A stretch of DNA of 56,189 nucleotides, taken from positions 1 through 56,189 of the forward strand of contig CAUJKL010000933.1 of the NCBI GenBank assembly GCA_963204995.1, read 5' to 3'. The translations under genes and the position numbers were made by a program. Below, one piece after another: positions 29,526 through 37,696 of the stretch; the stretch's first letter is position 1; the number at the start of each line of letters is the position of its first letter. A model generated the notes under the pieces. It saw nothing but the letters and a program-made list of their open reading frames with translations. It searched no databases and had not been told where the DNA came from. The DNA is from Planctomycetota bacterium. Lineage in GTDB: Bacteria; Planctomycetota; Planctomycetia; Pirellulales; Pirellulaceae.

Positions 29526-30167
29526 CTATCCGTCCGGATCATCCAGAAGTGTTTGCAAACGCTCGCCCAGCGAGGGCTCGAAACGAGCAGGCCAACTCGC
29601 GTCGATCAAGCCGACACCGATCATGTCTTGCAAATGCGTTTGGTCCTTTCGTCGATAGCTATTCAGCTTCATGCCAACAAGCTCTTGCAGGTCGACAATC
29701 CGCTTGCCGTCGATCATGGTCGATTGCTCGATCTGAGGTGTTGGAGTCGCGTAGCTATCCTTCACCTTTTGTCCTGCTCGTAGAATGTGGACACCCTGAC
29801 TCGGTTTGCCATCCGGGCCGTCCAGGAAGACCGTGACATCCATCACCTTATCGCGGTGGAAACCGACGGCTTGCATTGCTTCGGTGGCACGATCCAAGTC
29901 TTCGTCGCGCAACAAGATGTCGACGTCTCTTGTATTCCGTACCGCCCCATCGTCCTTCGTCGCGACCCAAGCTGCGACGGCGTTGCCGCCAATCACGGCA
30001 TAAGGGATCCCGGCCCCCTCCAGTGCTCGACACGTACGCTCCAGTCGCTCACGAACTTTTTCCACGGCACCAAACATCCTGTCAAAGACGAACGGTTCCT
30101 GCTCGCGAACCAGGGTTTGTAATTGCTCCGGTGTCATGAAGCTCAGTGTACTAGTCGAGCTGTTCAA
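29526..30167 (-). CDS. minimal nucleotidyltransferase-fold protein (Pol-beta superfamily)
   Basis: YAVIGGNAVAAWV...RNTRDVDILL fits the hGG...DxD nucleotidyltransferase signature. TTG start at 30167, or more likely ATG at 30137. Lies 14 nt downstream of the 948-aa gene. Confidence 0.55.
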   Translation of the reverse strand: MNSSTSTLSFMTPEQLQTLVREQEPFVFDRMFGAVEKVRERLERTCRALEGAGIPYAVIGGNAVAAWVATKDDGAVRNTRDVDILLRDEDLDRATEAMQAVGFHRDKVMDVTVFLDGPDGKPSQGVHILRAGQKVKDSYATPTPQIEQSTMIDGKRIVDLQELVGMKLNSYRRKDQTHLQDMIGVGLIDASWPARFEPSLGERLQTLLDDPDG

Positions 30168-30181
30168 TTCCTAGAGCGAGA

Positions 30182-33028
30182 TTACGCCCACAGCATTTCC
30201 AACTCGATCCATTCGCCCGCCGACAGCTCCAGTTGGACTCGGTCTTCGTTCAGCTGGCATTCGCCACGTGATTCACCTTTGAAATCCAACCTGCGTGCCG
30301 AACGCACGGGACGGAACGCACTCAATCTCGCGCGAGCTGCCCGACCGCTGGTCTCCAGCAAGCGAACACGCACTCCAACGATCGCGTCGCCCTCGGCGAC
30401 AGGTTCCCAATGCGTAGCGACGACGCTTCGTGCGTCGATGTGGAACAGCCAGCTCGAATCGCCGGACTTCGGTGCGGATGCGGTTTGATAGGTGACGGTC
30501 GCTGGGGCGAGTAGTCCGAGTGCTTCGTTGTGCGGCTGTGGCAAGTCGACACCGAGCCCCAAGTGAAACTTCTTCTGCCGTTCTCCGCGAACCGACAAGA
30601 TCGTATCGAGCATGCGATCGCCAATCCGTTTGTGATAGGGCAAGCCCCCGGTCAAGATTGTTGTTTGCATCTCGCCGGAGTCGATCGCGATGTAGAGCGG
30701 TGCTTCCAGCTTTTTCCGGTTGGCCTTCTGCCGCGTTTGATTCACGCCGCGAAACAACTCGGCCGTTTCGTCGGCCCAGGCGAAGCGGCACGCATAATAA
30801 GCGTTCCAAGGATCTGCCGCCGGAACGATGGTCGGGTCTAGTTCGATCTCTAGATGCAAGACGCGAGTTCCACGCCACAGTCGGAATGTTTGACGATACG
30901 TCGCTTGTAGTTTTCCTTCGCGGTCTAACAAGCGTCCAGAAACAATGATTTCTCCGTAGGCCGTCGTCGCGGCAGACACTTCGACGGAGTCAGCCGCCAT
31001 GACGGAATACGCCGCACTGTCGTCGGGATCCTGCCAGGCCTGGCCCACCTTGCCGCGAGAACTTCCCGCACGTAATGCTAATTGTTGAGAGAGGCGATTG
31101 CCGCGTTTGCCGTAGTCCTTTAACGATTGCATCGCGCCGGTGGTCGGGTTGATCGTGGCTTCGAGGAATTCGTTGCGAATGACGACCAGGTTCTCGCGAT
31201 CGCGGAGATCTTCAGCTAACAGAGGCGATGGGCGTTGCTTGGTCGGCGAACTTGCGGGAGTCACCCACACGAAACCCATCGGCGGCACGTCGACGACGAC
31301 GTGCTTCGTCGTTGCCGATTCTGCGGCTGCGTAGATCGGCTTCTCGACTTTTGGCAGAGCCGTCAGTTGAGGCATCTCAAGGCCGATGCGGCGTACGAAC
31401 GAAAATGGGTTCAGTACGAGGTAGCCCGACTCTTTCGCGCCTTCGCTGGGCGGGATGCAAGCGGCAAATGCTGCCGTCGCTGCGGCGATTCGCTCGGACA
31501 ATTGTTTGTCCACATCGGTTGCGTCCGGATCATCGGCAGTACAGTCGACCGCGAGCCTCGCATCATCAGCGGCCACGGGCGACGGAGTTCCTCGGACCAA
31601 CGTGGCCAGCGTGGAAAGCGAGTCTGCAACGCCCAACGCCGTATTCCGAACCCAGTAGCGTTGGATCGTGGAAAGCGGATCGGCTTCCGCGCGAATGATC
31701 GACTGCTTCAAATAGGGTGAGCGATATTGATCCGCCTCGAATCGATCGAGGTGACCGGGCATGTACGTGTCGCGAAAGTAGTCGGCGACCGTCACGAACT
31801 TGCCGAGCGCCGAACCATACTTGGCGCAGCGACGCAGGTCCTCGTACCACACACTCGCGTGCCCTGGCCAATGCGCGAAGATGAGTGTCGCGACGTGATC
31901 CGTGTCCATCGACTCGCCGAGCTTCGTAGCCAAATTGAGGAACGTCTCGGGCTTACTGGCGTCCAGCGGCGCGCGAGCGATCGCGTCGATGGCGGATCCG
32001 TCCGTTCCTTCCCAGCGAGTCTTGATCTGTGTGCCCAGCGGAAAGCGACCGTCATCCATCGTGGCGTGCAACGAACCCGTGAATCCAAGTTTCTCGATGA
32101 CTTGCGGCAGAAGTGGCGTCAATCCGAAACGCCGCCGACCATAGATGACTACAGATTGGCCGAGTGACGATTGCCAAGTGTTTAATCCCCGTCGCAGTTC
32201 GGCCAGCACCGTCTCACACGAAAGCAGCGGCAAGCGTCTTTCGACATGTTCGCCGCCGATCAGTCCGACCGTGCCATCCGCTACTGCCATCGCAAGTGTC
32301 GCATGCGTTTCGGGAGCCTCCTCGGCGAGATGACAACAGATTTCGCCAGTCGCTAACAGGTTGATGGGCACACCTTGCGCGAGTTCATTTCGCAGTGACT
32401 CCCCGAGCGTTTTCTCCGTGACCATCGTCAGATCAATCAGGAACGCATCGACCGAGTAGTAATGATCGCGTTCCGCGCCGAGCAGATTGAAGCAGGCGGT
32501 AAGTTTATCGTTGGCAAGTTGAGTGTCTCCGCTGGCTGCCGCCACTGCCCCGGTGACTAACTGGCTGTTGAAATGCACTTCGTCCAAGTTGCTGGAGTAA
32601 CGCATTTGGCGAGTGAGTAGCTGGGCTTGCAGGAAGCAATAGCCCAACGCCAGAAAATCGCTGACAAGGGATTCGTCGATATCTTTTGCAAGTTCGTCCG
32701 CGTGATCGAACGCTTGCCGAATGATCTCTTGGCGATCTTGCAAGCGGCGAACGAGGCACGCGCCAGACTCCTTCGCTCGATCGGCGAAGCCGGTTGGGAG
32801 CTGATCGCTGCTGACCGAAGGAACCAAAATCAAACGATTGCTTAATTCTTCCGGTGGGTCGTCAATCCGATACCACGAGGGAGCGGTCGCTGCGCTGGCG
32901 ATCAAAGCCGGGTGCCACAAGGCCGTCCAATTCGCGAGCAGCCCCTCGGCCTCCTCACCGTGATGGTGCTGAGGAAAGTCTTCGAGGCTGTGACAAGGCA
33001 GCAGAATTATCAGTTCCTGGAACTTCAT
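30182..33028 (-). CDS. 948-aa conserved protein, possibly a GH38 (alpha-mannosidase)-like fold
   Basis: No signal peptide. N-terminal LLPCHSLEDFP resembles the GH38 HxHxD strand in degenerate form. RRFGLTPLLPQVIEKLGFTGSL resembles the GH38 DxFG...P.il...G motif. Confidence 0.4.
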   Translation of the reverse strand: MKFQELIILLPCHSLEDFPQHHHGEEAEGLLANWTALWHPALIASAATAPSWYRIDDPPEELSNRLILVPSVSSDQLPTGFADRAKESGACLVRRLQDRQEIIRQAFDHADELAKDIDESLVSDFLALGYCFLQAQLLTRQMRYSSNLDEVHFNSQLVTGAVAAASGDTQLANDKLTACFNLLGAERDHYYSVDAFLIDLTMVTEKTLGESLRNELAQGVPINLLATGEICCHLAEEAPETHATLAMAVADGTVGLIGGEHVERRLPLLSCETVLAELRRGLNTWQSSLGQSVVIYGRRRFGLTPLLPQVIEKLGFTGSLHATMDDGRFPLGTQIKTRWEGTDGSAIDAIARAPLDASKPETFLNLATKLGESMDTDHVATLIFAHWPGHASVWYEDLRRCAKYGSALGKFVTVADYFRDTYMPGHLDRFEADQYRSPYLKQSIIRAEADPLSTIQRYWVRNTALGVADSLSTLATLVRGTPSPVAADDARLAVDCTADDPDATDVDKQLSERIAAATAAFAACIPPSEGAKESGYLVLNPFSFVRRIGLEMPQLTALPKVEKPIYAAAESATTKHVVVDVPPMGFVWVTPASSPTKQRPSPLLAEDLRDRENLVVIRNEFLEATINPTTGAMQSLKDYGKRGNRLSQQLALRAGSSRGKVGQAWQDPDDSAAYSVMAADSVEVSAATTAYGEIIVSGRLLDREGKLQATYRQTFRLWRGTRVLHLEIELDPTIVPAADPWNAYYACRFAWADETAELFRGVNQTRQKANRKKLEAPLYIAIDSGEMQTTILTGGLPYHKRIGDRMLDTILSVRGERQKKFHLGLGVDLPQPHNEALGLLAPATVTYQTASAPKSGDSSWLFHIDARSVVATHWEPVAEGDAIVGVRVRLLETSGRAARARLSAFRPVRSARRLDFKGESRGECQLNEDRVQLELSAGEWIELEMLWA

Positions 33029-33273
33029 AGGATCGTTCGCCTAAGGCTTCCGGTCGGTAAGGTGGGTTCTGACGAGGCGTGGGCAGCGCCAGTTTCGTCG
33101 GCGGCTTGCCGCAGTTATAAGTATCATTCAGCACGACATAAGGATTCAGTTCCCACAATAACGATGGTGGCGAGTCGAGTCGAGCGCCCTCGGATTTGCT
33201 ATATCAAGGGCTAAGTCGGTGCCAGATGGAGGTTTCGGGAGACGATATCACGGCAAGATGACGATAGAAATAG

Positions 33274-33303
33274 TTGACAATTGCTACGCCGCGTCAGTAA
33301 AGT
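33274..33303 (+). promoter_or_regulatory. candidate promoter for the PilM-like operon
   Basis: TTGACA (33274-79), 18 nt, then TAAAGT (33298-303), in an AT-richer stretch of the 418-bp divergent intergenic region. Confidence 0.3.
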
Positions 33304-33446
33304 AGTAATGGAACAGGGGATAGCGGCTTTTCTGTCTAGAACTCGTCAACGTGAATTCAATCTCGCTTAACTCGCGAAGCCGCTGGTTGTCCAAGACCAC
33401 GTCATCCCCTCAGGATCGGCGTGGTTGTTCGTTTGTGGAGTGAAAC

Positions 33447-35927
33447 ATGGCGAAGCAAATCAAACGCTGCTGGGGAATCGACATTGGACAATGCGCCATT
33501 AAAGCGCTTCGCTGCACACTGGAAGGCGATCAGATTGTCGCCGACGCGTTCGACTATATCGAGTATCCGAAGATTCTGAGCCAGCCGGAAGCCGAACCGG
33601 AGCTACTCATCAAGGAAGCACTCGAAACATTCTTGTCACGCAACGAGATTTCGCGACTTAACGACAAAGTCGCGATTTCCGTTCCCGGTCAAAGCGGCCT
33701 CGCAAAGTTCTTCAAGCCGCCTCCGGTCGACGTGAAACGCTTGCCGGACATCTGCCGCTTTGAAGCCAAGCAACAGATTCCGTTCCCGCTCGAGGAAGTT
33801 ATCTGGGACTTCCAACAACTTGCGGGCGGGCAAGTGATCGATGGCTTTGCAATCGATACGGAAGTGGGCCTGTTCGCGATGAAACGCGAGCAAGTGCATC
33901 GCGCACTGCGGCCCTTCGAGACCGCTGACATTCAGTTAGACATGGTCCAGCTGGCTCCGATTGCCATCTATAACTTCGTCTCGCACGACATCCTGACTGA
34001 TGGTCCTGACGAGGATATGTTTGACCCCGACGACCCGCCGGAGTCGATCGTCGTGCTCGCCATGGGAACCGATGCCACCGACTTAGTGGTGACCAACGGT
34101 TTTCGTATGTGGCAGCGCAGTATTCCGCTAGGCGGCAACCACTTCACCAAGCAGTTGACTAAGGAATTGAAGCTGACTTTCGCGAAGGCAGAGCATCTAA
34201 AACGCAACGCGCGACAAGCCGAAGACCCAAAGACTGTCTTCCAGGCGATGCGACCGATCTTTAATGATCTCGTCACGGAAGTACAGCGATCGATTGGCTT
34301 CTTTCAGGGCATCGATCGCAAGGCGAAGATTCGGGGCGTTGTGCTGCTTGGCAATACCGTCAAACTGCCTGGTTTACAGCAGTACATCTCGAAGAATCTC
34401 GGCTACGACGTACTTGAATTTGATTCGTTTAAGGAGCTGTCTGGCGCGTCGGTGATCGGTTCACCTCAGTTCTCCGAGAACGTGCTGGCCTACGGCGTGA
34501 GCTACGGCCTCTGTCTGCAAGGGCTCGGTAAATCACGCCTTTCGACCAGCCTCTTGCCTCGCGAGATCCTGACCAAGCGTGCAATCAAGGCAAAAAAGCC
34601 GTGGGCGGTCGCTTCGGTCGGGGCGTTGCTGCTGGCTTGCTCCTTCAATTTCTTCTTCCATTACAACATCGTGTCGAAGGTCAAGGCCGATTATCAACAA
34701 GGTGGCGTGGCGTGGAGTCAGGGCGAGTCGAAGATCACTCAGGTCAAGCAAACGAGTGATGGCTATGTAAGTGAACATGCCGTTAAAGAAGCTCAGCAGG
34801 CGTTTGTCCGCGAAATCGGCGAAGAGGTCGTAGGCTCGGGTGACCGGCGTCTGTTGTGGTTAGAGCTGATGACGGCGCTGAACAAATCGCTGCCCTGGCC
34901 TAAGGGAGTGCAACCGGGAGAATACGTCGACTACAAGACCTTGCCGATGGATGAACGCCCCGTTCTCTACATCGATTATATCGAGTCGGAATACTTTGCC
35001 GATTTAACAACGTGGTACACGGCCCGTGTTGCGAATAGCTATTTCGAGTTGACGAGGCACTTGAAGGCGAATCGCGAAGGTCGACAGCTAGAAGAGACGG
35101 AAACCGTTGAGTCGACAGAGAATCTTGACCAACTAGTCGCTGGAGCCGAAGCACTTCCCGGTCCAACAGGAGCTGGCTGGGTGATCGAGCTCAGTGGCCA
35201 CCACTATTTCAATAAGTCTCGGCAGTTTGGCAGCTTGAACCATATTCGCAATACGATTTTGAGGTTCCTTGAGGAAGGCAGCCTTAACTTGCCCATCAAT
35301 ACCCAAGGTGATCTCAGAACCTTTACGATGAAGGAACTTGGCATCTCGCATCCGATTCTGGCAGCGAACGGAGGCGAGCCTAAACCGGTTCGCGTTCCGA
35401 ACCCGGACGTCCAAGGCGCGGCAGCGAGCGTGGTGGCAGGCTCAGAGATGTATGGTGCCGGAGGTGGCGAGGGATATGCTGCTCCGGGAGGTGGTTTTGG
35501 TGCCCCGATGGCAGCGGGAGCACCAGTTGGTGGCCCCGCCGGCGCACCCGCCAAAGACGACGCAGAGGTGGTCCCTGCTTTTTTCGATGTCAAGGAAACA
35601 ACATTTACGATCCAATTCTGCTGGACGCCGAAAACGCTGAGTGAACGTCTGGCAGCCCAAGAAGAAGCGGCTCGCCTGAAAGCAGCGGCGGATGCCGAGG
35701 CAGCTGCTAATGCACCTCCGGTCACGGCTAACGATGGCGCTACCGAAAACGCAGCGCCAGCAGGTGCCGCACCCGCAGTGGCACCGGAAGGCGCAGCACC
35801 GGCGGAGGCTGCGCCGGTAAATCAAGTGCCAGCAGGTGCAGCCGAACCACCGGCAGGGGCAGCAGGTGTAGCCGAACCACCGGCAGGGGCAGCCGAGCCA
35901 GTAGGGGCCGTTGAGGCTGGAACATAA
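33447..35927 (+). CDS. pilM: PilM-type actin-like ATPase fused via a TM helix to a large periplasmic region (PilM-PilN/GspL-like topology)
   Basis: CWGIDIGQCAIKAL, ISVPGQSGLAKFF and RFEAKQQIPFPLEEVIWDFQ match PilM. TM helix WAVASVGALLLACSFNFFFHY at nt ~34602-34670. Then ~420 aa ending in G/M/Y and Ala/Pro/Glu low complexity. GGAG 8 nt upstream of the ATG. Confidence 0.8.
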   Translation: MAKQIKRCWGIDIGQCAIKALRCTLEGDQIVADAFDYIEYPKILSQPEAEPELLIKEALETFLSRNEISRLNDKVAISVPGQSGLAKFFKPPPVDVKRLPDICRFEAKQQIPFPLEEVIWDFQQLAGGQVIDGFAIDTEVGLFAMKREQVHRALRPFETADIQLDMVQLAPIAIYNFVSHDILTDGPDEDMFDPDDPPESIVVLAMGTDATDLVVTNGFRMWQRSIPLGGNHFTKQLTKELKLTFAKAEHLKRNARQAEDPKTVFQAMRPIFNDLVTEVQRSIGFFQGIDRKAKIRGVVLLGNTVKLPGLQQYISKNLGYDVLEFDSFKELSGASVIGSPQFSENVLAYGVSYGLCLQGLGKSRLSTSLLPREILTKRAIKAKKPWAVASVGALLLACSFNFFFHYNIVSKVKADYQQGGVAWSQGESKITQVKQTSDGYVSEHAVKEAQQAFVREIGEEVVGSGDRRLLWLELMTALNKSLPWPKGVQPGEYVDYKTLPMDERPVLYIDYIESEYFADLTTWYTARVANSYFELTRHLKANREGRQLEETETVESTENLDQLVAGAEALPGPTGAGWVIELSGHHYFNKSRQFGSLNHIRNTILRFLEEGSLNLPINTQGDLRTFTMKELGISHPILAANGGEPKPVRVPNPDVQGAAASVVAGSEMYGAGGGEGYAAPGGGFGAPMAAGAPVGGPAGAPAKDDAEVVPAFFDVKETTFTIQFCWTPKTLSERLAAQEEAARLKAAADAEAAANAPPVTANDGATENAAPAGAAPAVAPEGAAPAEAAPVNQVPAGAAEPPAGAAGVAEPPAGAAEPVGAVEAGT

Positions 35928-35938
35928 GGAACAGAATC

Positions 35939-37597
35939 GTGGATCAAGTAAAACAAGTACTCGCAGTCTTGAATACGCAGAAATTCTGGGTCACCTGCGG
36001 ATTTTTGACCCTGCTGCCGGTCGGCATTTGGTTTGTCGCCAAGTCTGCGCTCGACAAAGAATTCGAAGCGCGCAAGACCGCGATTACTACGGCCTATACG
36101 ACGGCAAAAAACATTGAGGGCATTCCTGATCACCCCAATCCGATTTCAGCGAAAGGGATGGACGAGAATCTCGGCAAGCTAAAAAAGAGCGTTTTTGATG
36201 CGTGGCAGGCACAGTACGAAGAGCAAAAACAGATTCTCGTCTGGCCCAAGGAGTTGCGACGCGATTTTATAGCCATGGTCGATCCGCTACGACCAATCGA
36301 GGAGAAAGTGACGTTTCCCACGCCTGCCGTTTATGAACTCCGACCTGAAATGCGCGAAGAATATCGCGACTACATTAAGGCCGAATTGCCTAAACTCGCG
36401 CAGATCATAGGCGCGCAATGGGGCAGCACTGCTCAGGTTGCTCAAGGTGACATGGCGGGAAGCGGAACTGGTGGATACGGTTCAGGCGGCGCGTCTCGTT
36501 CGGCCGCTGCGGAGAATGTCATTGTGCAATGGGACGCCAGCGACCAGTCGCGGTTGGTTTCACGCTTTGATTGGTCTCATACCTCCGACAAATTACCTCA
36601 AACCTTGGATATTCTTTATGCCCAAGAGGATCTCTGGATCCTGAATGCGGTCATGAACATCATCAAGCGGACGAATCGAGATGCTACAGCGAGCTATGAT
36701 GCGACAATCAAGGAGCTGAAATACGTACAGTTGGGGCAAGCGGTACGTGGAGCGGTTGGCAAGGTAACACGTTTGACTGGGGCGGCTGCGAGTGGCGGCG
36801 ACATGGGAGAAGGAGCGATGTACGGCAGCATGATGGACGGCAGCATGATGGACGCTGGCGCGATGGGTGGCGCAGGTGCAGATATGGGAAGTGGTGGCGC
36901 TATGGGCATGCCTGGCAGCGAGGGAATGGGTGCAACTGCCAGCAGAGACCCTGCCGATTTACGATACGTGGACAATAACTACGTTCCGCTCCCTGCAACT
37001 CGTGTTCGCACCGCGCTCAGCCCTGACGGCAAGAGCCCTGACGACGCCTTTTTGGTGGTGGCGAAGCGAGTGCCGATACGAATCGGCTTAACGATGGATC
37101 AACGGCGTATTCATCGCCTAGTGACTGAATGCGGCAACTCGACACTGATGGTGGAAGTTCGCCAAGTTCGTGTCAATCGCCAGTCGCCACCTACAGGCGG
37201 GGCTGGAGGTATCGGCTATGGTGGTGAGTCCGGTGGTGGATTTGGCGGTGGGTTCGGAGGTGGCGGCGGATTCGGCGGCGGATTTGGTGGCGGTGGATTT
37301 GGGAGTGGCGCTTCGGGTCCGGGAGGCGAAATGGGAGGAATGGGAATGGAAATGGAAATGGGGATGGGAAGCGGGTACGGAGGCGGAGCAGGTGCTACCG
37401 CATCGCTGAAGTCGAGCTATGACCTTCCCGTTGAACTCTATGGGATCATCTACATCTACAATCCTGTCGCCGAAAAGAAACTCGGTATCGAACTTAAAGA
37501 AGCGGATCCGGATGCCGCTCCGGCGGAGCCAGCGGCCCCCGAACCGGTTGCCGTTGAAAAGGCCGCCCCACAGGATATGGCCATGGCTGTTAATTAG
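35939..37597 (+). CDS. bitopic membrane protein with Gly/Met/Phe low-complexity tracts, unknown function (pilus/secretin cluster)
   Basis: GTG start 11 nt after the PilM stop (AAGGAA upstream). N-terminal TM FWVTCGFLTLLPVGIWFVA. LCRs at nt 36781-36935 and 37186-37400. Confidence 0.75.
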   Translation: MDQVKQVLAVLNTQKFWVTCGFLTLLPVGIWFVAKSALDKEFEARKTAITTAYTTAKNIEGIPDHPNPISAKGMDENLGKLKKSVFDAWQAQYEEQKQILVWPKELRRDFIAMVDPLRPIEEKVTFPTPAVYELRPEMREEYRDYIKAELPKLAQIIGAQWGSTAQVAQGDMAGSGTGGYGSGGASRSAAAENVIVQWDASDQSRLVSRFDWSHTSDKLPQTLDILYAQEDLWILNAVMNIIKRTNRDATASYDATIKELKYVQLGQAVRGAVGKVTRLTGAAASGGDMGEGAMYGSMMDGSMMDAGAMGGAGADMGSGGAMGMPGSEGMGATASRDPADLRYVDNNYVPLPATRVRTALSPDGKSPDDAFLVVAKRVPIRIGLTMDQRRIHRLVTECGNSTLMVEVRQVRVNRQSPPTGGAGGIGYGGESGGGFGGGFGGGGGFGGGFGGGGFGSGASGPGGEMGGMGMEMEMGMGSGYGGGAGATASLKSSYDLPVELYGIIYIYNPVAEKKLGIELKEADPDAAPAEPAAPEPVAVEKAAPQDMAMAVN

Positions 37598-37696
37598 TGC
37601 CGAAACGGATTTTACATATCCTGCCTGCTGGCGGAGATGTTATGCTGATGCAAGACGAGATCGACAGGGGATGGATCAAGTTTAGGAGCCAATGTA

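Noticed and set aside
30273-30878. 201-aa minus-strand ORF inside the 948-aa gene
   Set aside because: An off-frame overlap with the longer, better-supported frame; Arg-rich composition.
35204-35725. 173-aa minus-strand ORF and other overlapping frames in the PilM tail
   Set aside because: Generated by GC-rich Ala/Gly/Pro repeat DNA; the sense frame is continuous with the PilM domain.
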